This document shows positions 23,661 to 34,342 of a stretch of DNA of 64,000 nucleotides, one piece after another. Made by a program: the position numbers and the translations under genes. Every line of letters begins with the position of its first letter. Position 1 is the first letter of the stretch. The notes below the pieces were generated by a model. It had not been told where the DNA came from, did not search any database, and saw only the letters and a program-made list of their open reading frames with translations. The stretch comes from Ascoidea asiatica JCM 7603 (Eukaryota > Fungi > Ascomycota). The stretch covers positions 568,088 through 632,087 of the forward strand of contig BCKQ01000004.1 in assembly GCA_001600695.1 (NCBI GenBank), in the 5' to 3' direction.

Positions 23661-24979
23661 TAAATTTAATTATAAATAAAGATAATAATAACAAAAATAT
23701 ATTATCTCATAAACTATCAAATTCAACTTCTTCAAATTCTTCAAATTCTTCTGTTTCTTTATCTAATTCAAATCATTCAAATATATCCTCAATTTCTTCA
23801 TTAAATGATTACTCAAATTTAAATTCTAAATCAAATATTAATTTAAATAATTCAATACTGTCGAATATTAATAACAATACCAAAAATAACAAAAATACCA
23901 AAAATAACAAAAATAATAAAAGAAAAAGAAAATTTCAAATAAATTTAGATTTTTTTTCAAAATTTGATTTAATTCAAATTAAATTATATTCTATATTCTT
24001 ATCAATTATTTTATTCTCTTATTATTTAATTCCAATTAATATAAATAATTTATTTTTAAAAAATTTAAAATTATATTCATCTTATTTTTTAATATTACAA
24101 TATAAATCAAAAATAAATCAAGAATATTATGATATTGGTAAAAATGATTTATATTTTATTATATTTTGGTTATTTAATTTATTAATAATTAGATTAATTT
24201 TAATTAATTTAATTTTTAAAAATATTGCTTTAAATTCTTTAATTTTTAAAAATTTAAAATTTATTCAAAGATTCTCTGAACAAGCTTGGTATTTATTTTA
24301 TTATTTATTCTCTTTTATTATTGGATTTCATTTATATTATAATTCAAACTATTTTCACTTATTTAACTTAGATAATATTTATAATAATTGGCCAAATAAT
24401 AATTTATCATATTCTTTTAAATTTTATTATCTTATTCAATTATCAAATTGGTTTCAACAATTATTTGTTTTAAATATTGAAAAAAAAAGAAAAGATTATT
24501 ATCAAATGTTTTCTCATCATATTATTACAATTCTTTTAATGATTGGGTCTTATTATTATTATTTTAATAAAATTGGTCATATAATTTTAGTAATTATGGA
24601 TTTTGTTGATATTTTTTTATCATTTGCAAAAATTTTAAAATATTATAATTTTAAAAAATTTTGTGATTTAATATTCTTAATTTTTTTATTATCTTGGATT
24701 ATCTTAAGACATGGTTTTTATAATATTTTATTTTTTTTCACTTTTAAAAATTCTTTAAATTTAATTTATTTTAATGAATTAAATAATATTATTTTAAATA
24801 ATAATAATATAAATAATTTATTTATAAAAAATTATGCAAATATTTTAATTAATATTTTCTTAATTTTATTATTTGGTTTACAAATTATTGCTTGTATTTG
24901 GATGTATTTAATTTTAAAAGTTGCTTATAAAGTAATTTCTGGTAATGGTGCTGAAGATGTCAGAAGTGATACTGATTGA
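23615..24979 (+). CDS. Ceramide synthase (Lag1/Lac1 family, TLC domain)
   Basis: RFSEQAW, Lag1 motif EKKRKDYYQMFSHH...MDFVDIFLSFAKILKY, C-terminal GAEDVRSD. Confidence 0.92.
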
Positions 24980-25897
24980 ATCGATTGAATCAATTGAATC
25001 CCTGATTCAAATAACATCAAAGACATCAAAGACATCAAAGACATCAAAGATATTAAAGACATTAAAGATAATATAATTGAAGAAAATAAAATTAAAGTCA
25101 CTTGAATAGATAAATATATAGATTACATTACATTTTACATCTCATTTTATATCACATTTTATATCACATTTTACATTACAATGGGGTTAGGTATTTAAAA
25201 TTATATAATTAATAAATTGTAAATTATATTCATATATCTTAATTATCATATCTTATTCATTATTCATTATTCATTATTCATTTATAATTATAATTATATG
25301 TGGAGTACTTTTATATCCTTTTACATTTATAAAAATTAATTTATTCTCTTATTTGAAACTTATCAACTTATCAACTTATCAACTTATCACCCATTTTATT
25401 AAGAAGTTATGAATTCATGAAATTATGAAATTATGAAATTATGAAATTATGAGGTTAAAATACTTTATTGTTGACAGACAACGTTTACCTTCTTTTTACC
25501 TTCTTTATTACTTTCTTGTTTACTAATTCAACCCTTGTTATTTGTCATTTGTCCATTACCTACTAAAAATATACAGTACTAAAAAATATACTAAAATAAT
25601 TATTATTAAATAACATGAATTAATAAAAGAGAATTGAAATTGGTGGTAGTGGTGACACTCAATTGATTATATTTATATTTATATTTATATTTATTATTTA
25701 AAATATTAAAGAATTAAAGTATTATTAAAGTATTTATTGGAGTTTGGTGATTACAACAACCTTTGAACTGAATTAAAGTAAATTGAATTGATAATAAATA
25801 TATAAATATATCTTAAGTCTCTTATATTCACTACTTTTATTCACCATTTTCATAATATACAAATCTATTACATTATATAATTATATAATTTATAAAT

Positions 25898-27415
25898 ATG
25901 AGTAAAATTACAATTGATCAATTATCAAAACATAATTCAAAAAATGATTGTTGGTTAGCACTTCATGGTAAAGTTTATAATATGACTTCATTCTTAAATC
26001 AACATCCAGGTGGTTCAAAAATTTTATTAAATTATGCTGGTAAAGATGCAACTAAACCTTTTAATAAAATTCATTCAACAAGTATTATAGATTCTTTTGC
26101 TGATGATGATAATACAATTGGTGATTTTGAACAATTAGAAGAAATTGAAGATTATGAAGAAGAAAATGAAGAAGATGAAGAAGAAGATGAAGATAACGAA
26201 GAAGAAAACAATAATAATAAAAATAAAAAAGATCCAAATGCTATAATTATGAGAAATAATGAATATAAACCAAATTTATCTCAAATACTTAATTTAAATG
26301 ATTTTGAATATGTTGCAAGATTTACAATGCCAATTGATGCTTGGGCTTATTATTCTTCTGGTGGTGATGATGAAATAACTTATAGAGAAAATCATTTAGC
26401 TTATCAAAGAATTTTTTTTAAACCAAGAATTTTAATTAATGTTTTAAATATAAATTTAAAAACAAAAATGTTAGGTATAAATACTTCATGTCCATTTTAT
26501 GTTTCTGCAACTGCTTTAGCAAAATTAGGTCATCCTGATGGTGAAAAATGTATAACAAGAGCTTGTGGTAAAGAAGATATTATTCAAATGGTTTCAACAA
26601 TGTCTTCATATTCTTTTGAAGATATTCAAAATTCTTCAATACCAAATCAAAATTTATGGTTTCAATTATATGTTAATTCAAATAGAAAAATTGCTGAAAG
26701 AATAATAAAAAAAATTGAAAAATTAAATTATAAAGCTTTATTTGTAACTGTTGATAATGCTCATCCTGGTAATAGAGAAAAAGATAAAAGACATAAATCT
26801 TTTGTAATAACTAATCTTTCAACAAAATCTATTTCTCAATCAACTAATACAATGATTGATCCAAGATTATCTTGGAATGATATTAAATGGATTCAATCTA
26901 TTACAAATTTACCTTTAATTATTAAAGGTGTTGGAACTGTTGAAGATGCTTTAAAAGCTATAGATTATAATGTTCAAGGTATTGTTCTTTCTAATCATGG
27001 TGGTAGAGAATTAGAATTTTCTCGTCCTCCAATTGAAGTTTTAGCTGAATTAAATCCAATTTTAAAACAAAAAAATTTAGGTGATAAATTTCAAGTATTT
27101 ATTGATGGTGGTATAAGAAGAGGTACTGATATAATTAAAGCTTTATGTCTTGGTGCTAAAGGTGTTGGTTTAGGTAGAAGTTTTCTTTATGCTCTTTCAA
27201 CTTATGGTGATGAAGGTGTTGAAAAAGCAATACAGATATTAAAAGATGAATTATTAATGAATATGAGATTATTAGGTGTTAATGATATTAAAGAATTAAG
27301 TGAAAAATATGTTGATATTAGAGGTTTAGAATCCAGAAGTTTTGCAGGTTTTGATAATTTCCTTGAAAGAATTTATGAACCAATGGCTTTACCAAAATAC
27401 AAATCAAAACTATAG
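25898..27415 (+). CDS. Flavocytochrome b2-like (cytochrome b5 + FMN alpha-hydroxyacid dehydrogenase) with PTS1
   Basis: HPGG heme motif, WAYYSSG, WFQLYV, IKG, SNHGGR, DGGIRRGTD; starts directly at the b5 domain and ends in SKL. Confidence 0.93.
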   Translation: MSKITIDQLSKHNSKNDCWLALHGKVYNMTSFLNQHPGGSKILLNYAGKDATKPFNKIHSTSIIDSFADDDNTIGDFEQLEEIEDYEEENEEDEEEDEDNEEENNNNKNKKDPNAIIMRNNEYKPNLSQILNLNDFEYVARFTMPIDAWAYYSSGGDDEITYRENHLAYQRIFFKPRILINVLNINLKTKMLGINTSCPFYVSATALAKLGHPDGEKCITRACGKEDIIQMVSTMSSYSFEDIQNSSIPNQNLWFQLYVNSNRKIAERIIKKIEKLNYKALFVTVDNAHPGNREKDKRHKSFVITNLSTKSISQSTNTMIDPRLSWNDIKWIQSITNLPLIIKGVGTVEDALKAIDYNVQGIVLSNHGGRELEFSRPPIEVLAELNPILKQKNLGDKFQVFIDGGIRRGTDIIKALCLGAKGVGLGRSFLYALSTYGDEGVEKAIQILKDELLMNMRLLGVNDIKELSEKYVDIRGLESRSFAGFDNFLERIYEPMALPKYKSKL

Positions 27416-27757
27416 TTTTTTAGACTAAAATCTACAGCTTACAGCTTACAGCTTTTCATCTTATATTTTTTATTCATTTCAATTTATAGCATAATTTTAT
27501 CATCCTTGTTACATTTCTCATTATTTTGATTATAAATCAAGAATGCAGTGTAAGTTTTAGTTCTCTGGAATCCTCATTACAAGATTTCCAATAAATATTT
27601 CTAGGGGAATGAAAAATAATAACTTGAAAAAAAAAAACCCCATTGAATTATTTTAACTTATTCAAAAATAAAAATACTTTAACAGTCATATAACTATGAG
27701 ATGAAGATTTTAAATTAAAATAAAGATTTTTTTTTTTTAAAAATTTAAAATCACAAA

Positions 27758-30277
27758 TTATTTTTTCTTCAATTTGAAAGTTTTAGGTCCAACAATTTCT
27801 AATTTATCTTCATCAACACACCAATTTAAAAAATTTTCTAATTGAAATTCAGTACAAGAATAACCAATTTCTTTTGGAACAACCATATTTAAAAATGAAT
27901 GAATTCTAGATATATGCATTGATCCTAAATTTGTTAACATACCAGATATAAATGGCCAATATGATTGAACAGCTAATTTATGATCTTCATTTTCAGTACT
28001 TTCATAATTATTATCATTATCATTATTTCCAGTACCTTGATCTCTTAATATTTTTTTTCTATCATTTTCATGTTCTAAAACATTATAATTTCCAGAATTA
28101 CTTTCTTCAAGTATACCTTGTTTTATCCAAAAATTTAAACATTTAATAATTAAATTTTCAGAAGCTGTTGGAATCATTGATTTTAATTCTGAAATAGAAA
28201 GATTGGATTTATTTTGAAAACAATTTATAATTGTAGCTCTTTCAGGTGAAACAGTAAAAGTTTTTGTTCTATCTTCAAGTTCTAATTCAACTTCAACATT
28301 TCCTAAAGTTGAAAGCCATACTAATTTTCTATCTTTTTTTGTATTTTCAAATTTATGAGAATATAAATCAAATTGATTTTGAATTTCTTTAGGTAAAATA
28401 AAATTTTCTTTTGAATTATTTAATTTAAAAATTGATTGAGGCCAAAATAAATGTGATAAAATTGAAGAATGAAAATTATTTTGAATATCATTAACTTTTA
28501 TTAAAGAATTAACTGAATTATTTTTATGTAATATGGAATCAATTTTTCTTGAATCAATAATATCTTTAACCATAACATCTAAAGAATCAAATTCAGAATT
28601 ATCACCAAATCTTAATTTTAATAATTCAATATTAGAATTTATTTCACTTATATCATAATCTGTTATTTTTAAAAGTTGAGAAGAAAATACATTAATAAAT
28701 TCTTTAACAATAATATCTTTTGATTCAAATAAAGAAATCAAAGATTCTATAACATCATTTACTTTACTTCTTTTAAAATCAGGTAATGCATCCATTGGAT
28801 CTGGCATCCAATTTAATTCATCATCCATATCAATAATTGTTGCAATTGCAGTTGCAGTATTTATATCATTTGATTTTTTTTTATTTGTTGTTTTTTTTAA
28901 TTCAATTGAAAGATTATTTAATTCAAAATCAGGATCATTACTTAATAAACCATGAACAATATGTTGAATAGTATCATCTCTTTCATGTAAATATCTTCTT
29001 ATTGGTCTACAAACTTTATCTAATAAAACACCTCTTGGATCAATAATTAAAAATGATTTAATTGTAGATATATAACATATGATTATAGTTATAGTATTTG
29101 CACCAGCATGTAATAATTTTTTTTTAAGTAATTTTATAAATGAATTAACTAATTTTGTTCTTTGAGTAGAATTTTTTATACATTGTTTTAATTCTTCTAA
29201 AGAAGATTTTGAATTTGGAAAATTTTTAATTATATTAAAACTTTCATTAATTCTTAAATTAACTAATTCATTTTCTGCTAAAAATTTTAGAAAATTATAT
29301 ATATGACTATCGGAATTTGAAGATTGTTTAGATTCAAGAATGAGATTTGAATTTGAATTTGAATTCGAATTAGAATTAGAATTAGTATGATGAGTTGGAG
29401 AACCCATTAAATCAATATCATTTAAATATTTAGAAGTATTATTAATTTCATTTGAGCTTGAATAATCTCCAGAAAGATAAAAAACAGAATCCAATAATAA
29501 AAATTTAAAATTAGATAATCTTGGAATAATATCATCAGAGATAAAATTATAAATTTTTGGTAAAATCTTTATATTCCAAACTTTTGAAAAATTTTTATGA
29601 ATAAAAAATTTTATGTATTCTTTTGTAATTTGTGCAATTAACAAACTTAAAGTATCAGTTAAATCTATATTAATTAAATTATCAGTTAAAATTAAAAGAT
29701 CATTAAATTTGATTGGATCATTTGTGAATAAATAATTTCTATAAAGATCTTTTATATTTCTTATAAAAAAATTAGTTTCAAATGCTTTTGATTCATCTAA
29801 TAATAAAGTTTTATGAAATAAAGCATTTAAAGATCTATCAATTAAAGTTAATTGATCAGTTGAAAAATTTAAAAATCTAGTTGGATAATAATAATAATCT
29901 TTTATAGTTTTAATAGATTGAATAATTTCAATAATATCTTCTTCGTCACAATCCGAATGATCATTTCTATTTTTGGGTAATAATTCATTAAAAGTATTTT
30001 GAAAAAAATCATTTCTTATAATATCAATATAAATTAATAAAAGTTGATCTTCTAAACCAAGAATATTTCGAATTGCTTTTTCAATAACCACAGGAGGATT
30101 CAAATTCGTCATATTATAATTGGATAACCATTCTACAACTAGGTTAAATTCATTCATTATATCATTATCTGAAACATTATTGATATAAGTTATTAATTTA
30201 TTATTTGCAAAAGCTGTAGAAGATGGAAAGACTTCAACGAAGTCCTTATTTGAAATACCATTTGATCCTTCAAACAT
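27758..30277 (-). CDS. APC2: Anaphase-promoting complex cullin-like subunit Apc2
   Basis: LLHAGANT, IDPRGVLL, WMPDPMDA, ELLKLRFG, ILSHLFWP, GMLTNLG. The first ATG is at 30277; a short upstream exon is possible. Confidence 0.93.
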   Translation of the reverse strand: MFEGSNGISNKDFVEVFPSSTAFANNKLITYINNVSDNDIMNEFNLVVEWLSNYNMTNLNPPVVIEKAIRNILGLEDQLLLIYIDIIRNDFFQNTFNELLPKNRNDHSDCDEEDIIEIIQSIKTIKDYYYYPTRFLNFSTDQLTLIDRSLNALFHKTLLLDESKAFETNFFIRNIKDLYRNYLFTNDPIKFNDLLILTDNLINIDLTDTLSLLIAQITKEYIKFFIHKNFSKVWNIKILPKIYNFISDDIIPRLSNFKFLLLDSVFYLSGDYSSSNEINNTSKYLNDIDLMGSPTHHTNSNSNSNSNSNSNLILESKQSSNSDSHIYNFLKFLAENELVNLRINESFNIIKNFPNSKSSLEELKQCIKNSTQRTKLVNSFIKLLKKKLLHAGANTITIIICYISTIKSFLIIDPRGVLLDKVCRPIRRYLHERDDTIQHIVHGLLSNDPDFELNNLSIELKKTTNKKKSNDINTATAIATIIDMDDELNWMPDPMDALPDFKRSKVNDVIESLISLFESKDIIVKEFINVFSSQLLKITDYDISEINSNIELLKLRFGDNSEFDSLDVMVKDIIDSRKIDSILHKNNSVNSLIKVNDIQNNFHSSILSHLFWPQSIFKLNNSKENFILPKEIQNQFDLYSHKFENTKKDRKLVWLSTLGNVEVELELEDRTKTFTVSPERATIINCFQNKSNLSISELKSMIPTASENLIIKCLNFWIKQGILEESNSGNYNVLEHENDRKKILRDQGTGNNDNDNNYESTENEDHKLAVQSYWPFISGMLTNLGSMHISRIHSFLNMVVPKEIGYSCTEFQLENFLNWCVDEDKLEIVGPKTFKLKKK

Positions 30278-30691
30278 CTGAAAAGCGTCTATTAGTAACT
30301 TAACAATGATTCTCTTCTTTAATCGATACAATTGATGCTCTAATCATTAATTCATTTATTCACTTATTCATTCCTTCATTTATTTTTCTTTATTGATCAT
30401 CAATCTTCTATTTAATTCATCTTTCAATGTTTTTATTATAACTTTTTGATGTTTTCAGATTAAATCACAAAAAAAGTAAACAAAGAAATTAAGTGCCGTA
30501 AAAGAAAGACCCGCACTGCTGGTTCAGTGGAGAAACCTTAAAAAATATTTTTATTTTGTTCAGTTGAAAATGAAAATGAAATATTTTTGAAATGTTTTTG
30601 AAATGTTTTTACAAAGTTTTTGAAGTTGAAGAGAGAAAGTAAGAAAGAAAAAAAAATAATAAGAAGTAGATACAATTTAAATAATATTATA

Positions 30692-31309
30692 ATGAATTTA
30701 GAAGGAAAAAACATAGATCCAAGCGATTTTATCAAGGCCCTTGAAGGTGAAAAGAGTTTAAAATTTAAAGATGAAAGACAACAAGCAAAATTTGAACTTG
30801 GTGTTTCAATGTGTATTTATTCATATAAAGAACTTGATTTAGCTGTTGAAAATGGATTAGGAGGACCAGAAAGTGAAGATAAAAGAGATTGGGTTAGTGC
30901 AGTAATGATTGATTTATTTAAAGATAATGATGCAGTTGATAATTATCTTCTTGAAGAAACTTTAATATATATAATGTTTGATGAATTTGAAACAGTTATT
31001 GAAGATGATGGATGTTTAATACTTTCTTCAAATATTTTACATATATATAGACAATGTTTAGAGAAAAATTATACTATAATTGATGAAATGTATAAAGAAT
31101 GGGAAGCAAAAAAAGAAGAAAAAAAACAAAGAAAATTATTATTAGGTAAAATAAAAGAAGAAAATGAACAAAAAGAGAAAGAAATTGAAGAATCTCTTGA
31201 AGATATTGAAAAAGAAACTAGTGAACTTAGAATTGAAAAAAAGAAAGAACCAATAATAGATGATGATGGATTTGAATTAATTCAAAAAAAAGGTAAAAGA
31301 AGACATTAA
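30692..31309 (+). CDS. TSR2: Pre-rRNA-processing protein Tsr2
   Basis: QQAKFELGVSM, LAVENG(L)GG.ES.DKRDW, DEFETVIEDD, C-terminal DDDGFELIQKKG. First ATG at 30692. Confidence 0.9.
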   Translation: MNLEGKNIDPSDFIKALEGEKSLKFKDERQQAKFELGVSMCIYSYKELDLAVENGLGGPESEDKRDWVSAVMIDLFKDNDAVDNYLLEETLIYIMFDEFETVIEDDGCLILSSNILHIYRQCLEKNYTIIDEMYKEWEAKKEEKKQRKLLLGKIKEENEQKEKEIEESLEDIEKETSELRIEKKKEPIIDDDGFELIQKKGKRRH

Positions 31310-31473
31310 AATATGTTATTAAGTATGTAGCTAATAATAAGGCAATTAAAGTGTTTTTTTTTTTTTTCTATTTAAAAACAGATTGTAGATATTTTAGGAA
31401 AAAAAAAAAGAAAAAGAAATAAAGAAAGATAAAAATAGTGAGAGTGTACATAGAGTATATATAAAGTAAGATA

Positions 31474-32898
31474 TTAAACATCTTTTATACCTACTTTTGA
31501 TTCAACTTTTTTAAGTTCAACATCATTTGATACACTAGTTCCATTATAATAATTTACACTAACACCAGAACCAGAACCAATAATATCATCATAATTTTCA
31601 GCTAATTCAAATACATCCATACCCATAATTTCACCATCTTCAGTAGCTCTCATTTTTAAGCCAGGAATTTTGTCAATTATAAAACATAAAGCATATGTCA
31701 TAATAAAACACCAAAGACAAATTGCACAAACTGAAGCTAATTGATAACCCATTTGAATCCAATGATGCCAAATCCAACCACCTTTAATTTCAGTTACACC
31801 ATCTAAACCTGCCATTGTAGGAGATGCAAAAACTCCTAATAATATTGCACCAACAATACCACCAATACCATGTAAATTAAATGAATAAGTTGTATCATCA
31901 ATACCTAACCATTCATTTATACCATAAGTTGATCTACAAACTATTGAAGTTACAATACCAAAAATAGCTGCAGCCCAAGTTGTTATATAACCACAAGAAG
32001 GAGTTATAGCTACAAGACCTGCAATTGCACCATCACAAGCAGCAAATAAAGACCATTTACCAGTTAATAAATAATCCATTACAGTAAATGTAAAACATGC
32101 AAAACATGCACAAATTTGAGTATTTGCCATAATATAACAAGTTCTTAAATTTACAGTTAATAAAGTACCAGAATTAAAACATAACCAAGTCATCCAAATA
32201 AAAGAAACACCAATCATTGTTAAAGTTGGAGAATGACCTCTAATTTCAGGAATTTTATTTGAATCTTTCCATTGTTTTCTTTTACCTAAAAATAAAGAAA
32301 ATGATAAAGCACTTACACCACCAGAAATATGAACAGGGCCACCACCAGCAAAATCTAAAGCACCTAATTTATATAACCAACCATTTGAAGCCCAAACCCA
32401 ATAAGCTTGAGGAGAATAAACTAAAGTACACCAAAAAAATGCTAAGACTAAAGATGGTAATAATCTACCTCTTTCTGCAATACTACCAATAAAAATTTGT
32501 ACAGTACAAACAGCAAAAAAACTTGAAAATAAAAAATAAAGAATTGAAGGTATTGTACCACCTTCAGTTAATGGACCCATACCAACATTTGATAAAGCAC
32601 CAAAATTGAAATTTCCAAATACAGAAGAATTTGAATTTGAACAAGCAAGTGAATAACCAAATAAATACCATTGAATTGTAATAATTGCAGTAATTAAATA
32701 AGTTTGTAATAATATTGATAAATGAGATTTTTTTTTAATCATACCACCATAAAACATTCCAATACCTGGAGTTATAATAAAAATTGCAACTGAACAAAAT
32801 AATATATAAGCCATATCAACAGATAAAAAAGTTGATTCAATTTCTGGAACATCTCTCTTTTTGAGTAGATTTCCAGATACTGAAGTCATAGCATTCAT
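31474..32898 (-). CDS. Ammonium transporter (Amt/Mep family), twin-His type
   Basis: PGIGMFYGG, AERGR, LDFAGGGPVH, GLVAITP, IDD...HGIGG. Confidence 0.95.
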   Translation of the reverse strand: MNAMTSVSGNLLKKRDVPEIESTFLSVDMAYILFCSVAIFIITPGIGMFYGGMIKKKSHLSILLQTYLITAIITIQWYLFGYSLACSNSNSSVFGNFNFGALSNVGMGPLTEGGTIPSILYFLFSSFFAVCTVQIFIGSIAERGRLLPSLVLAFFWCTLVYSPQAYWVWASNGWLYKLGALDFAGGGPVHISGGVSALSFSLFLGKRKQWKDSNKIPEIRGHSPTLTMIGVSFIWMTWLCFNSGTLLTVNLRTCYIMANTQICACFACFTFTVMDYLLTGKWSLFAACDGAIAGLVAITPSCGYITTWAAAIFGIVTSIVCRSTYGINEWLGIDDTTYSFNLHGIGGIVGAILLGVFASPTMAGLDGVTEIKGGWIWHHWIQMGYQLASVCAICLWCFIMTYALCFIIDKIPGLKMRATEDGEIMGMDVFELAENYDDIIGSGSGVSVNYYNGTSVSNDVELKKVESKVGIKDV

Positions 32899-33245
32899 TT
32901 TTTTTAATTAATTATTATAAGTAATTTAATTAATATAAGTTAGTGAATGAAAAAGTAAAAGATCAATAATAGCAATGCTATGCTATTTATTGCTTGAGAT
33001 CTACAATTGAATTGAATTGAATTGAATTAATTCAAAAATAACTGAAAAAAAAAAAAACAAGAAATGAAATCAAAACAAAGAAAATTGAATTATTAAAAAG
33101 AAGAAAGAAATGAAATTATTTATACTGCATTTTCTGGATAGTAGTTGAGATAGAATTGAATTAGAATTAAAGTGAATAAGAAATAAAGAAGAAGTGAATA
33201 AGGTTTGAATACTTTTGATTGTGTAATAATAAATATTTTCCAAGA

Positions 33246-34000
33246 GAGATAAAGAAAGAGAGAGATAAAGATACAGACAGATAAAGAGAAATAGAGAAAT
33301 AAAGTACTGAAAACCGATATTTCTTTAATTAAGGTGCTTTAAAGAGAGTGGTTTAAATAGAGTGGTACATGAAATAAAGGTTAAATCCTCAGGAGCCAAT
33401 GAAAGCACTGCTCGGCTTGAACCAGACTTTGAACCAGACTTTATTTGCTTTGCTTCCTCTGCTGCTTTGACACCAGTAAATTTGAAATTACAAGAATTTC
33501 CACCTGCAGGCTCAGCTGCCTGCTTTTTCATTTTCTGCTCGATATCAAAATTCAGGGTCTTTCACCTTGTTCACTGATAGCCCAAGGAAATGCGCCACTG
33601 CACCGTATGCTCTTAGGGCTCTAGTAAACAACGTGGCGCGGTATAGCTAGGAATAGAATTGGAAGTGCTTTGGCCACATGTCCTAGCATGTTTTAACATA
33701 CTCTTAGCTGGCATTGGCTCCTGCAGTGGAAATGCCAAGAGCACACAGCCACACAGCCGTGGCGAGTTCAAGCAATCCTGTGACTGATAAGCAACTGGAT
33801 TTTCTGTCTCCTGCAATCAAAATTCATTTTATTCTCAACGTCTTTTTATTTTCTTGGTCTGAAGAACTCAAAGCTTGGCACTTCGTATACACGCTCCTTT
33901 TTAGGAAAAACTATCCAGATGCTTCTTCTATAGCCAATGATATTAATTAAACATCACATGCTTGGCTTTTTTATCCCTGCTGGGATAGTTAACTGATAAG
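33246..34000. promoter_or_regulatory. GATA-factor (nitrogen catabolite repression-type) sites upstream of the ammonium transporter
   Basis: GATAAAG x3 at ~33248-33286 and CTGATAAGC at ~33784 and ~33993. Confidence 0.5.
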
Positions 34001-34342
34001 CAGTTAAAAAATTAGATGAAAGAAGACCCATAAAAGAGGTCTTCAACCTTAAATCCAAGTGTCTGCATAATCATGTTTTATGGAAGCATAAAGTCACCTG
34101 ACCTTTTTTTTTTTCAGTCACAAAATAGATTAATTTATTTTCAGATCTGACCCGTAGCACTGGTTTTATTTTATTTCAATTTTTTTTTTTTTTTTCTTGA
34201 ATTGAAAGTTTTTGAAAAATAAACCAATTTTTCAATGAGAAATAATGATAAATTTTAATTCTTCAGAAGAAGTTTGAATTCATTGAACTATATATAAAAG
34301 AAAAATCAGTAGTTTTTAGTTTTAATAATAAAATAGAATAAA

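Noticed and set aside
24977-25105. Coding-looking (DIK)n tail in frame after the ceramide synthase stop
   Set aside because: It would need readthrough of three TGAs, which come from a 9-bp tandem repeat (GATTGAATC). The protein already ends at the normal DVRSD motif.
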